DNA of 64,000 bases from IMG/VR virus record IMGVR_UViG_3300045911_000062, positions 9,947 through 73,946 of that record; one strand, 5' to 3'. This DNA is from a virus. The position numbers were made by a program, and so were the translations under genes. The notes under the pieces were generated by a model. The model worked only from the letters and a program-made list of their open reading frames with translations. It had not been told where the DNA came from and did not search any database. Each line of letters opens with the position of its first letter. Position 1 is the first letter of the stretch. Positions 8,414 to 18,926 of this stretch are shown piece by piece.

Positions 8414-10732
8414 TTAAATTGTACATGAATCACATTCTTCTTTTACTTCTGTATGTGTTTCTAAATTTTTAACATTTTCTGAATGGTTTTCGACCATATC
8501 AACATCCTTTTGATCATTAGTATTATGATAGTAAAGAGTGCGAATTCCATAATAATTACACTTTAATAAATCGCCAAGCAATACAGACATTGGAATTTCT
8601 GCATTATCATAATTTGCAGGATTATAACTAAGATTAGTAGATAATGATTGACATATAAATTTTTGCATCACAGCAGCGGTATGAATTATACCGTCCATAT
8701 TTTTCATTTCCCAAAGCAGGTCATACTTATTTTTTAATCTCCCTATCTCCGGAACAACTTGTTTTGATATATTGGATTTATTACCTTTAACAGTTATTAA
8801 TGATCTTACTGCTTCTTGGCCGTTAGTCGCATTCATTATTTTTGACGAAGATTCTGCAGGCATATTTGCTAAAATTGTAGCATTTCGTATTCCATACTTC
8901 TTGATTTCGCCTCTCAACCACTCCCAATCTAATTTATACGATGGAGTAATTAATTTATCAACATTTTTATTATACCTGTCTATAGGTAGTATACCACGAG
9001 CATATTTTGTCTTTTCGTGTTCTCTGCACGGACCTTTTAGTTTTGCTAATTCCATTGATGCCTTTATGCCGTAAAAAGACAAAGCCTCAAATGTGTCATG
9101 TAACAAATGTAAGGCCGCAGTGTCATTAAATCTGACTCCATTTTTAGCCAAATAGTATGCTAAATTTACAACACCAATTCCTAATGGTCTATAATCTAAA
9201 GTTGCTTCTCTGGCGGCTGGAAGCATGTATTCTTGATAGTCCAACAAATTATCAAGTTTTGATACAGCATTCCACATTATTTTTTCTAAATCATCTAAAT
9301 TTCTAATGTTTCCTAAATTTATGGCTGAAAGAGTGCATAACGCAACCCTACCATTATCGTCATCTACTGAATTTAACTGCTGTGTAGGTAATAATATTTC
9401 TGCACATAAATTACTTGTTCTAATTGGTACGTCAAACGGTACATAATTATTGACATTATCAACATTAAAAATATAAATTCTTCCAGTATCCTTTCTTTCC
9501 ATCATTAATTTTGTAAATAATTCTGAAGCTGGTATTGATAATTTACGAATATTTTCGTCTTTTTCATATTTTTCGTATAATTCTATAAATTTGTTTTTAT
9601 CTGCGAAAAATGCTTCACGTAATCCTGGAGTTTCTTTCTCCGAAGGTGAAAAAAGAGTTATGTTTTCTCCTTTAATAAATTTATTATAAAAATAGTTGTT
9701 TATTTGTATTCCATAGTCTAGTTTTCTAACTCTATTATCTTGTGTTCCTTTATTATTTTTCAATACCAAAATATCCTGAATCTCTAAGTGCCAGATTGCA
9801 GTATAAAGAGTAAGGGAAGCTCCTCTAATTCCTCCTTGAGAACAAGATTTTAGAGCAGACTCAAACATTCTGTAAAACGGAACTACGCCAGTGTGACGTA
9901 TTTCCCCGTTACCTACTTTAGATCCCTCGGCTCTTATGGCAGATGCTTCTAAACCTATTCCTGCCCGTTTGGATGCATATTTTACTATCGCACCAGTAGA
10001 AGCAATAATACTATCTAACGAGTCCCCACATTCTATAAGCACGCAGCTTGAAAATTGGCGAGTAGGTGTTCTCACCCCAGCCATTATAGGGGTAGGTAAG
10101 CTTATATTCCAATTTGATATGTCATTGTAATAACTTTTTACAGCTTTTAATGATTTTTCTCTAGAGCATAAGACTGCGGCCACTAATATGTAAGTAAATT
10201 GAGGGGTTTCCAGTGGAACTATTTCATTAAGTGACCTATCTCGAACAGCATATTTTGTGACATATTCACTTACACCTATATGAGTCATTTCTAAGTCTCT
10301 GTCATGGTCTATAAAATTTTCAATTTTATTCCATTCTTCTTCACTATACATTTCCAAAAGATCTTTAGTATAATATCCATCATTAATCATTCTAACAATA
10401 AACGGATATAATTTAGGCGGTTCCATTCCGCCCCATGCCATTTTACGCATATCATAATTCAGCAATCTTCCCGCAACGTATTGATAATTGGGACTGTTTT
10501 CGGTTATTAAATCAGAAGCAGCTTTAGTTAAAGCTCTATGAATTTCTGTTGTAGTAATACCATTAAAAAAAGATAAACGTGCCTGCATTACTATGTCAGA
10601 TACTGAAACACCAGCTATTCCGTCACAAGCTAAATGTACCATTTTATGTATTTTTTCTATATTAAGATCTTCTGTAGTGCCATTTCTTTTTATGACTTGA
10701 ATTGAATTAAAATTTGATACATTATCTTTCAT
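8414..10732 (-). CDS. nrdA: Ribonucleotide reductase class Ia alpha subunit with ATP cone
   Basis: VIKRNG ATP cone, PTPIMAG, QFSSCVL, SNLCAEI, C-terminal CDSC. Confidence 0.97.
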   Translation of the reverse strand: MKDNVSNFNSIQVIKRNGTTEDLNIEKIHKMVHLACDGIAGVSVSDIVMQARLSFFNGITTTEIHRALTKAASDLITENSPNYQYVAGRLLNYDMRKMAWGGMEPPKLYPFIVRMINDGYYTKDLLEMYSEEEWNKIENFIDHDRDLEMTHIGVSEYVTKYAVRDRSLNEIVPLETPQFTYILVAAVLCSREKSLKAVKSYYNDISNWNISLPTPIMAGVRTPTRQFSSCVLIECGDSLDSIIASTGAIVKYASKRAGIGLEASAIRAEGSKVGNGEIRHTGVVPFYRMFESALKSCSQGGIRGASLTLYTAIWHLEIQDILVLKNNKGTQDNRVRKLDYGIQINNYFYNKFIKGENITLFSPSEKETPGLREAFFADKNKFIELYEKYEKDENIRKLSIPASELFTKLMMERKDTGRIYIFNVDNVNNYVPFDVPIRTSNLCAEILLPTQQLNSVDDDNGRVALCTLSAINLGNIRNLDDLEKIMWNAVSKLDNLLDYQEYMLPAAREATLDYRPLGIGVVNLAYYLAKNGVRFNDTAALHLLHDTFEALSFYGIKASMELAKLKGPCREHEKTKYARGILPIDRYNKNVDKLITPSYKLDWEWLRGEIKKYGIRNATILANMPAESSSKIMNATNGQEAVRSLITVKGNKSNISKQVVPEIGRLKNKYDLLWEMKNMDGIIHTAAVMQKFICQSLSTNLSYNPANYDNAEIPMSVLLGDLLKCNYYGIRTLYYHNTNDQKDVDMVENHSENVKNLETHTEVKEECDSCTI

Positions 10733-10816
10733 ATTTTTTTCGTCCTTGGCTTCTAATTTAATGTAGATTTATTTAGATGATTTTGCGAAATTATATATAT
10801 ATTGTAATTTTATCAA

Positions 10817-11359
10817 TTAGTTATAGATTATTTTTTTATAATCTTCAATAGATGGAAATAATGAACATTTTATAGCATAAAAATATGGTATGTTATATAT
10901 TAATATCTCTTTTTTGTTTAAGAGTGCTTCACTTAAACTTTCATCAGTATAATCATTTTCCAGTATAGTAGTTAATAAACTTACTGCATGTTGTTCTGCT
11001 ACTATATCCAATATTTCAGCTAATGCATTTTGATACGTCTTTGATGTGTTCTTATCATTTTTACTATAAAGAATTTTATAACCATTAATTGGAAAAACAT
11101 AATAGTTTTCGTGATTAGGCAATATAATTTCATCAACATTGCAAAATATGGCTTTTGACAAAATTTTTTTTGTTTGATTTTGGAAAGCAGAATTAAATGC
11201 ACTTTCAAATGAATTATCGTGAATTTTTCTATGTCTGGCTTTAACCTTTATAAAGCCATCCTTACCGCTTAATAAGGATTTGTATAATGGAATACCATTA
11301 GAATTTACAATAAATTCTGAACATTCTTTTTTGATCGTTGGAAACAGCATTTTAGTCAT
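10817..11359 (-). CDS. Hypothetical phage protein
   Basis: 180-aa ORF with normal composition. Confidence 0.6.
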   Translation of the reverse strand: MTKMLFPTIKKECSEFIVNSNGIPLYKSLLSGKDGFIKVKARHRKIHDNSFESAFNSAFQNQTKKILSKAIFCNVDEIILPNHENYYVFPINGYKILYSKNDKNTSKTYQNALAEILDIVAEQHAVSLLTTILENDYTDESLSEALLNKKEILIYNIPYFYAIKCSLFPSIEDYKKIIYN

Positions 11360-11370
11360 ATAAATAAATA
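11359..11370 (+). promoter_or_regulatory. Late promoter upstream of glycosylation cluster 1
   Basis: TATAAATAAATA ahead of ATG 11395. Confidence 0.6.
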
Positions 11371-11394
11371 TCGTATTAGAAGCAGCATTATAGC

Positions 11395-12036
11395 ATGATT
11401 AGAAAAACACTTCAAGACTTTTATGATAAGGTATCAGGCAGAACAGTTTATGTCATTGCCGGTGGGTCAACAGTAAAAACACAAAATTTAAACCTTTTAA
11501 ATGGAAAATTAGTAGTATGCCTTAACAATTCATATTCTATTTATCCCGATGCATTGGCATTATATTGGGCAGATGAAACATGGGTGAATAACCATATAGA
11601 AGGTGTAAAAAATCATCCAGCTAAATTTAGATTTCATAGTAAATTCCATGTCTCTGATAAGTATTTAAATAGTGAAAAACATCTTGGAATTGGAAATTCA
11701 ACTATATTAAGACGTACTGGTGATAAAGGAATAGATCCAGATTTAAATAATGTTAGGGGCAACAATAGTGGAGCACATATATTAAATTTATTGTATAATT
11801 GTAAAGTTAGAAGAATAATATTATTAGGATATGATATGAAAATTATTGATGGTAAATCACATTGGCACGGTGGACACAGCTTATCAATAAAACCAGAAGT
11901 ATACTGCAATCTTTTTATACCTTCAATTCAATCTATGGCAGATTTTTTTAAGCGTGCAAATATAGAAGTTATAAACACGTCACCAAATACAGATTTAAAA
12001 TGCTTTCCTAGAATGAAACTTGAGGATGTCGTATGA
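11395..12036 (+). CDS. Putative glycosyltransferase, Maf/DUF115/sialyltransferase-like fold
   Basis: VIAGGST..CLNN..WAD..NNSGA..LNL..IILLGYDM..HWHG pattern. Confidence 0.6.
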   Translation: MIRKTLQDFYDKVSGRTVYVIAGGSTVKTQNLNLLNGKLVVCLNNSYSIYPDALALYWADETWVNNHIEGVKNHPAKFRFHSKFHVSDKYLNSEKHLGIGNSTILRRTGDKGIDPDLNNVRGNNSGAHILNLLYNCKVRRIILLGYDMKIIDGKSHWHGGHSLSIKPEVYCNLFIPSIQSMADFFKRANIEVINTSPNTDLKCFPRMKLEDVV

Positions 12037-12602
12037 CACAACCTATTATAGTTACAGCTTTCAGTTCAAATGAATACTATATTAAATGCGCAGAAAAATT
12101 TAAAAAAATGTTTCATAGAAATTGTAACAATTTATTAATTATGGAACAATTTAATGATTGTGGAGACTGGCATTCTAATACTAGAAAAAAACCATCAATA
12201 ATACTAAAAAATCTATGCGAACAAAAACAAACAATTATGTGGATAGATGTTGATGCAGAAATATACAATCCTATAGAACTAGATGTTCCAAATGATATTG
12301 ATATGATGGCTGTTAGGCAAGAGTGGGGACCAAGAAGAACCTGGTGTGTAGGTACTATTTTATTTAATTATACACAAAATTCTATAGATTTTTTAACGGA
12401 ATGGTGTAATGTATGTAATTCAAATAAAGGAACAGATGAAGCTAATCTTGAAATTGTTTGGCAAAAGAATTGGAAAAATAAATTAAAAACACAACTATTA
12501 CCTAGAAAATTTTTTATGGTAAACAAGTTACACGAAAAACAAAAAGATACTGTAATACTACACTATTCTTCTGGAAACGCTAGAAAAAAGGAAAAAATAT
12601 GA
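12033..12602 (+). CDS. Nucleotide-diphospho-sugar transferase (GT-A)
   Basis: KP..I..L..MWIDVDA (DxD), GTILFN..FL..W, DE, ILHY. Confidence 0.7.
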   Translation: MTQPIIVTAFSSNEYYIKCAEKFKKMFHRNCNNLLIMEQFNDCGDWHSNTRKKPSIILKNLCEQKQTIMWIDVDAEIYNPIELDVPNDIDMMAVRQEWGPRRTWCVGTILFNYTQNSIDFLTEWCNVCNSNKGTDEANLEIVWQKNWKNKLKTQLLPRKFFMVNKLHEKQKDTVILHYSSGNARKKEKI

Positions 12603-13273
12603 ACGGAGTGTCTTGGGGAGTTGTAAGTTGTCAACACGACAGTATAGTAATTGTTTGTAGTGGAAGAAGTTTAAAATCATTTGACATGAATTTATTATCT
12701 GGTATTGGACACATTATATGTGTCAATAATTCTTATATTGGTGTTCCCATTTATGATGCATGGTTTACCCTCGATCCATGGGGATTGTCTGGTGGACAGT
12801 TACCAAAAAAAGGAAATCCAAAATTATACGCAGCAGTTCCACAAGACTTTGGGACGCCACACGCAAAAATTCAAAGTCACAGGATAAATGCACCAAAAAA
12901 TATAACGTATTTACATAGGTTAATATCCCATAATAATCCAACTGTATCAAGTGAAACTGCTTATAGATTAGGTTTGAGTGAAGACCCCGGTTGTATAAAT
13001 ACTGGCAACTCTGGTTTTGGTGCTCTAAATCTTGCATACCACATGAAACCAAAAAAAATTTTGATATTAGGCATGGATGGAGATATAGGATATTATTATT
13101 CCGGATCAGAAAAGAATAGATCATTGAAATTTTTACCACTAATGATGGAATCTACGGTTGATCAGTTAAAAAAAGCAAATATAACAGTAATAAATGGCAG
13201 TTTAAACAGTAGTATAACTTGTTTTCAAAAATATACTCCAGAAGAATCAGTAAAAATATTCAAGGATATTTAA
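12599..13273 (+). CDS. Putative glycosyltransferase, Maf/DUF115-like; paralog of 11395..12036
   Basis: IVCSGRSL..CVNN..FTLDP..GNSGFGALNLAY..ILILGMD. Confidence 0.6.
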   Translation: MNGVSWGVVSCQHDSIVIVCSGRSLKSFDMNLLSGIGHIICVNNSYIGVPIYDAWFTLDPWGLSGGQLPKKGNPKLYAAVPQDFGTPHAKIQSHRINAPKNITYLHRLISHNNPTVSSETAYRLGLSEDPGCINTGNSGFGALNLAYHMKPKKILILGMDGDIGYYYSGSEKNRSLKFLPLMMESTVDQLKKANITVINGSLNSSITCFQKYTPEESVKIFKDI

Positions 13274-13276
13274 AAA

Positions 13277-14614
13277 ATGCTTGACACTATAATTAAATCT
13301 ATAAATGACACTAAAGACATAAATGGCAATATAGTTTTTTTCAGAGTGTATAAAGGTGATATAATTATACGTTTAGCAAAATTGGATATTACAGAAAAGA
13401 ATTTTTTGATCATACATAATTCTACTGGCTTAGAGCAACCTACCATTTTTGATTTTGAAAAAGATAATAAGACTTGCTTATACAACAAGGGAAGGTTTTC
13501 ATTTTCTAGGAAAAATCTTATAAATCGTCTAAATTCTAACATAAAAAACTATAAAAATAAATTCACAATAAATGATTTTCGTGATATAAAAACTGCAATA
13601 AAAAATTTAAAAAATATATCGCCATCTATTTGTGTTATAGATCTAATCCAATATGAGCCTACAAAAGAATGTTTAGAGTTTTGTTTTAAAATACTACCAA
13701 TAAATGGTAATATTATTATAACAAATTACGTTGAAACGAATAATAATCTAAGTTCAAAAGCCGTTAATGAATTTCTTTATAAAAATAATGACAATATATG
13801 TAAAACAATCAATAGTATAGAAAAAACAATAACATTAACAAAAAAAGAAGAATCTACACAAGACATAATAGAAATATTTCAATACAAAACGGAATCATAT
13901 AATAATGAATCAGACTTAATACAAACATTTCCATACAAAATGGAAACATATAAAAATGAACCAGACTTAATAATATCATGTGTGTTGCGTACAGGAGGAC
14001 CAGTTTATAATTACAACTATGTTAATGCTCTAGCTAATTCTATTAAAAAAAATGTAAAAATACCACACGAATTTGTATGTCTTACCGACGATCATACCGG
14101 ATTTAATTCTAATGTGGACTCAATTATAAAATTAAAACACGATTTTAAAAAATGGTGGTGTAAAATAGAATTATTTAGACCTGATATATTTAAAAACAAA
14201 AGAGTATTTTTCTTAGATTTGGACACAGTTATTTTAGAAAATATTGATAATATAGTTAGTAAGAAATTTAATTTTTGTGGACTAAGAGATTTTTATAAAA
14301 ATGATACGCTTGGAAGCGGTTTAATGTCATGGACATCAGGCGGTTATCACCATATTTATGAAAAATTTTTAAGAAATTCACAAGCAATTATGAATTACAC
14401 GCCAGAAGGCGATCAACAATGGATCAATCAAAATGTTGATGGCATAACATATTTTCAAGATGTTTTCGGATCTGAAATTGTTTCTTATAAAAAACATTGT
14501 ATTAAAAATAAAATATTTAATATGCCTAAAAATGCAAAAATAATATGCTTTCACGGAGTACCAAAGCCACATGAAATTAACTATCCACAAATAAGGGATC
14601 ATTGGCTGCCTTGA
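13277..14614 (+). CDS. Degenerate TylF-like methyltransferase domain fused to GT-A (GT8-like) glycosyltransferase
   Basis: C-terminal YVNAL..FVCLTD..WWCKIELF..FFLDLDTVI..GDQQWI..FHGVPKPH; N-terminal YEPTKECLE..KAVNEF. Confidence 0.72.
   Translation: MLDTIIKSINDTKDINGNIVFFRVYKGDIIIRLAKLDITEKNFLIIHNSTGLEQPTIFDFEKDNKTCLYNKGRFSFSRKNLINRLNSNIKNYKNKFTINDFRDIKTAIKNLKNISPSICVIDLIQYEPTKECLEFCFKILPINGNIIITNYVETNNNLSSKAVNEFLYKNNDNICKTINSIEKTITLTKKEESTQDIIEIFQYKTESYNNESDLIQTFPYKMETYKNEPDLIISCVLRTGGPVYNYNYVNALANSIKKNVKIPHEFVCLTDDHTGFNSNVDSIIKLKHDFKKWWCKIELFRPDIFKNKRVFFLDLDTVILENIDNIVSKKFNFCGLRDFYKNDTLGSGLMSWTSGGYHHIYEKFLRNSQAIMNYTPEGDQQWINQNVDGITYFQDVFGSEIVSYKKHCIKNKIFNMPKNAKIICFHGVPKPHEINYPQIRDHWLP
13874..13975 (+). 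repeat. Imperfect 51-bp tandem duplication (17 aa) in the interdomain linker
   Basis: IFQYKTESYNNESDLIQ / TFPYKMETYKNEPDLII. Confidence 0.85.
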
Positions 14615-14642
14615 ATAAATAAATCTATAAATTAGAATTGTA

Positions 14643-15689
14643 ATGTCAACTATAAAATATAAATGTAATACATGTAAAAGAGAAGTTGAATTGTTAGAAA
14701 ATCAAAACGGGTTAACCGTAATTGGTAGATGCGTGTTGACTAATGGTTGCTTTGGAAAACTGCAACCTATTGCGAGAAACCCATACAATATAAGAGAAAC
14801 GTATGATTATTATGACAATGACCTTTCTGAATTATATGAATTCAATTCTAGAAACAAATTTTTTAACCATCATCAGATTAATAAAAATACAATATGGAGA
14901 ATTAAACACAATTTAAATAATCATCCATTTGTAGTAGTATTTGTTAATACTGGTAACGGAATAAAAAAACTAGATAAATCAAACTATTCTATTAATTATA
15001 TAGATTCTAATAACTTAATTGTTAATTTAGATAATGCATCTGGCGTAGCTCATTGTATAGCAAGAACTTCACAACATGACATTATAAAATATTCAGAACC
15101 AACAGAACAAATGACCCAAGTTACAGTTGGTGGAACATTCACATTTGCTATTCCAAAATTACTTACAAAAATTGATACTCCCACACCAACACCAACTCCA
15201 TCGTTGCCATTAGATTTACAATTTATTGGCGATATAGAATTGGAAATAGGGATAACAAAGCCTAATGAAGAGGAAGTTATTTGTTTTGAAAAAATACCAA
15301 CAACCCAGATAGCTTCTCCATGGGTTGGCATAAATGAAATACTCATACGAAACCGTAGAAATTATTACGTCAAAATGAAAAACATTTTACAATTTACTAC
15401 TTTCGATAATGCAAATTTAACTTTTTCTGATATACCTGATGGAACAAAAATTCGATTCATCAGAATCAATTATGGTACTGGAATACGTCAAAGCATACCG
15501 TCACGAGGAGCATTTGTTCTATTAAGTACCTATCCACACAAAATTCATGATAAAACGTTAGACAAAATTCTTGATTTAGGTGAAATAGTAGATACACAAT
15601 ATTGGTATATGACATATAATGGGGGAGAAGTTTATATTAATACTAATGCTATCGAATCCACATATCCGCATATAAGGAAGGTTTCATGA
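14643..15689 (+). CDS. Putative virion protein (Cys-containing N-terminus, WxIxHNL domain, TPTPTPTPS tract)
   Basis: CNTC..C..C, WRIKHNLNNHPFV, DTPTPTPTPS; late motif AATAAATA at 14614-14621. Confidence 0.55.
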   Translation: MSTIKYKCNTCKREVELLENQNGLTVIGRCVLTNGCFGKLQPIARNPYNIRETYDYYDNDLSELYEFNSRNKFFNHHQINKNTIWRIKHNLNNHPFVVVFVNTGNGIKKLDKSNYSINYIDSNNLIVNLDNASGVAHCIARTSQHDIIKYSEPTEQMTQVTVGGTFTFAIPKLLTKIDTPTPTPTPSLPLDLQFIGDIELEIGITKPNEEEVICFEKIPTTQIASPWVGINEILIRNRRNYYVKMKNILQFTTFDNANLTFSDIPDGTKIRFIRINYGTGIRQSIPSRGAFVLLSTYPHKIHDKTLDKILDLGEIVDTQYWYMTYNGGEVYINTNAIESTYPHIRKVS

Positions 15690-16645
15690 TAATAAAAACA
15701 AACTTTTCTAACGGATTGATATATTCTTGGGATGGAATAAATAATCCACTAAAATATTCTAATGGATATGTTTCTATTAAAAATACAAAAAAATTAATAT
15801 CTTGTACTATGTCACATGGTATTAGAAATTATTATATAGAGTTAAAAGATAAAAATAATGCTTGGCACATCAATTCATCAGAAAAAACTTGGTTATTAGT
15901 ACAATTAAATAATTTTACAGGTGAATTACAATATATTACCACAACCATAAACCCAGAAAACAAATTTGGAACAACTCTACCTAATCAAATTAATATAGGA
16001 GAAATGTTTTTTAATTTAACAAATAATAGAATGTTTCAATGGAATGGTTACAATTGGGTTAATATAATTCAAATAATAGTTGGAACGTGTCAAAATGGTG
16101 TTGTTAATATTTCACATACCGGAACTCAAGTAGGATCAACAAAACCTTCATTTTGTAGCACAATATTACAGTCTAGAAATGGTATTCCACTGAGAATACA
16201 AGATGGTGAATATTATTCATTTATGACTCAAATGGATTATAAAGATAATGTTAACTCGTGGAAAACTTCTACAAACATACTTTTAAGTAATTCCATATAT
16301 TACGGAGTCGCCTCTGAAAATATTCCACATCTTTCTTTGTTAAGTATTGATAATAACGGTAATATAGTTAAAGCAAATAACATTAATAAAGTAGCATTTG
16401 CTATATCTATGGGGAATTTTTCAATCGGTCAGGTAGTAAAATATATAACTCGTGGTGAAATTGTTGACAATTCTTGGATATTTGGCCCTGATGAAATCAA
16501 CAAAAATTTATTTTGTGATGAAAACGGTCGGCTTACTACACATCTTGCTAAATCTAATATCATTCAAAAAATTGGTACAATAATAGGAAGAGATATTATA
16601 GATTTTTACCCGCAAGAGCCAATTTATTTAAATCCTAATTTTTAA
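15686..16645 (+). CDS. Putative virion structural protein
   Basis: GEMFFNLTNNRMFQWNG motif and a C-terminal domain resembling those of 3020..3556 and 49982..51838. Confidence 0.5.
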   Translation: MIIKTNFSNGLIYSWDGINNPLKYSNGYVSIKNTKKLISCTMSHGIRNYYIELKDKNNAWHINSSEKTWLLVQLNNFTGELQYITTTINPENKFGTTLPNQINIGEMFFNLTNNRMFQWNGYNWVNIIQIIVGTCQNGVVNISHTGTQVGSTKPSFCSTILQSRNGIPLRIQDGEYYSFMTQMDYKDNVNSWKTSTNILLSNSIYYGVASENIPHLSLLSIDNNGNIVKANNINKVAFAISMGNFSIGQVVKYITRGEIVDNSWIFGPDEINKNLFCDENGRLTTHLAKSNIIQKIGTIIGRDIIDFYPQEPIYLNPNF

Positions 16646-16705
16646 CAATTTACGTTTTGAATAAAACTTCATATATAAATACTTATTATACTAGAGAAAT
16701 TTAAA

Positions 16706-17491
16706 ATGAAATTTTACGGTGACATAGAATTAATAAACGGAAAAATTTTAGGTTTGCATGTAGAAAATGTTGAATCTATTTCTCTTTCAGAAATTGATAG
16801 CAATAGGTTATTGTCATTTAACGGTAAATTATATTTTAATAATGGTACTGGTTATAAACTAATACAATTCTCAGATACTGATCAAGAATCTCCATTAATA
16901 ACAACACTTGGTCCATGGATTAACGATGATTTATCATTTAACTCTACGTTATTCAATGAATTTAATAATGTGTCTGGATTAACATCTGAAAATTCTTTGT
17001 TCGATGTTTTGAACCAGCTTGATACTGCTATATCAAATGTGACTCAAAATTCTATATCAGATTTACAAGATGTTATGTTAAATAGTCCAGATTTTGGAGA
17101 TATTTTAATTTTTACTTCAAACACTTTTGTGAATATAAGCTTAGAAAATGCTATAAAAAATTATGGAAATCTACGTATAGCATCTTCAATGCAAGACTAT
17201 GAAACGTCTGGCGTTTTGCTGAACAATGATTTATTATATTGGAATTCCAACACTAATAAATTTTCAAACAAACGTTGTTTTTATAGATTTTCGTCTCAAA
17301 CATCTCAAAGTGAATATGTGTTAACACATAATTTAGGAGTGAAATACTGTTTTGTTGAAATATTTGATAAACTAACAAGTAAAAAGATAAGTTCAAATAA
17401 TTATGAAGTAAAATATGTTAATGAAAATCAAGTGGAAATAATTTTAAATAACCAGACTGCTGCGGAAATTATAGTATTCTCTTTATCGTAA
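16706..17491 (+). CDS. Putative tail fibre-associated protein
   Basis: ISDLQDV..GDILIF, LLYWNS, THNLG motifs; TATAAATA at 16674-16681. Confidence 0.55.
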   Translation: MKFYGDIELINGKILGLHVENVESISLSEIDSNRLLSFNGKLYFNNGTGYKLIQFSDTDQESPLITTLGPWINDDLSFNSTLFNEFNNVSGLTSENSLFDVLNQLDTAISNVTQNSISDLQDVMLNSPDFGDILIFTSNTFVNISLENAIKNYGNLRIASSMQDYETSGVLLNNDLLYWNSNTNKFSNKRCFYRFSSQTSQSEYVLTHNLGVKYCFVEIFDKLTSKKISSNNYEVKYVNENQVEIILNNQTAAEIIVFSLS

Positions 17492-17504
17492 ATATTGAAC
17501 AAAT

Positions 17505-17795
17505 ATGTTTAACAATTTAAGAAAATTAAAATTTAATAAAAATGATTTATTATATAGCGCAGATGCAATATTAGTTTCTAATGACATCATACAATATTCA
17601 TTCTCATCACCATCTTTAGAATGGGTTATAAATCATAATTATAATACTAAAAATGTAATAGTTCAAACATTTGACTCCAATAATGAACAAATAATGCCAT
17701 CTTCAATTTCAATAAATGAAAATACAATAAACATAACATTTTCTAATCAAGTTTCAGGATTTGCAAATATTATGTTTATCAATGTAAAATTATAA
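17505..17795 (+). CDS. Small virion protein (WxIxHN domain)
   Basis: WVINHNYNTKNVIVQTFD..ITFSNQVSGFA. Confidence 0.55.
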   Translation: MFNNLRKLKFNKNDLLYSADAILVSNDIIQYSFSSPSLEWVINHNYNTKNVIVQTFDSNNEQIMPSSISINENTINITFSNQVSGFANIMFINVKL

Positions 17796-17826
17796 AAAAA
17801 TTAAAAAATTATAAAAACATTATATA

Positions 17827-18051
17827 TTATTTTATATAAAATTTACTAGAGTCTTTACATTCTACAGAATGTACTTTTCCAGTAATAGAAATGTTAAGTC
17901 TTTTTAAATTTTCATGGCTCTCGCATATTTTTTGTGCTTTTTCATAATATTCAGGGTTTAGTGGATATTTTATTGATATTCCAATAAGAATTCCTAATAT
18001 TGCTCCCAATAGAAAACTAGATAATATTATATTAATTATTTTTATATTCAT
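17827..18051 (-). CDS. Small membrane-anchored protein
   Basis: N-terminal hydrophobic helix, two Cys. Confidence 0.55.
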   Translation of the reverse strand: MNIKIINIILSSFLLGAILGILIGISIKYPLNPEYYEKAQKICESHENLKRLNISITGKVHSVECKDSSKFYIK

Positions 18052-18053
18052 TA

Positions 18054-18926
18054 TTACTCCGAAAATGGAAATACAATTTTTGGATGATGTTGATAATCAA
18101 TCATTTTAAAACAATCTACAGTAACCCAAGTTTCCAAATCTTCTAAAGAATTGATTCTGTCATCTATCCATATTGATGGCGCAGAAAATGGTTGTCTTGT
18201 TATTTGATGCATAATTCCATCCATTTGATCTTGGTATATGTGAACATTCCACGAGAAATGACAGAATTTACCGGGAGACAGACCTGTTATTTTACACATT
18301 AATAAAAGTAATAAAGAATACGAAGCAATATTGTAAGGAGCACCTAAAGGCACGTCCATGCTACGTTGAATCATACATAAATTCAATGTCGAACCCTGTA
18401 AACCGAACATATACAATAAATGGCACGGTGGAAGTGCCATAGCATCTAACTCTCCCGGATTCCAGTGAGTTACTATTAATCTACGATCGTCATTACGTTT
18501 ATCCAAACGCTCCACAATACATTTTAACTGATCAATTGATCTATTATCATTTGCCTTCCAATCTCTTGCCTGAGCACCATAGATGCGGCCTAAATCATCT
18601 TCTCCTTTCCTATTAGGGTTTTGTAACCATGATTGAGTTTTGTTAGCATTGGCATCCCAAATTTTACATCCTAATTTTCTAAAATCTGCGGCGTTGGTAC
18701 AGCCACGTATGAATCCTAACAATTCAGCAGCAATAGGTCTGATATCCATTTGTTTAGTAGTCAAAAGTGGAAATTTTCCTTTACTTAAATCGTATTCTCG
18801 GTAATCTCCAAATATTGTTGCGCATCGTTTATTAGTTCTTTCGTTTTTTTGTATGAAACCGTTATTAATAATTTTTTTACAAAGTTCTATATAATTATTA
18901 TCAAAATCATTAATTATTTGACTCAT
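18054..18926 (-). CDS. thyA: Thymidylate synthase
   Basis: FPLLTTK, LGRIYGAQ, RRLIV..WNP, MALPPCH, QRSMD..LGAPYNIASY, HIY. Confidence 0.95.
   Translation of the reverse strand: MSQIINDFDNNYIELCKKIINNGFIQKNERTNKRCATIFGDYREYDLSKGKFPLLTTKQMDIRPIAAELLGFIRGCTNAADFRKLGCKIWDANANKTQSWLQNPNRKGEDDLGRIYGAQARDWKANDNRSIDQLKCIVERLDKRNDDRRLIVTHWNPGELDAMALPPCHLLYMFGLQGSTLNLCMIQRSMDVPLGAPYNIASYSLLLLLMCKITGLSPGKFCHFSWNVHIYQDQMDGIMHQITRQPFSAPSIWIDDRINSLEDLETWVTVDCFKMIDYQHHPKIVFPFSE

Noticed and set aside
7277-10732. Introns or inteins in nrdA/nrdB (also checked thyA and the polymerase)
   Set aside because: All are of ordinary length with contiguous motifs and no splice-junction signatures.
18054-18926. ThyA homolog as a dCMP/dUMP hydroxymethylase feeding DNA glycosylation
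   Set aside because: It keeps the canonical ThyA motifs, including the dUMP-specifying Asn (PYNIASY). No base-modification partner is evident in this window, though one elsewhere cannot be excluded.
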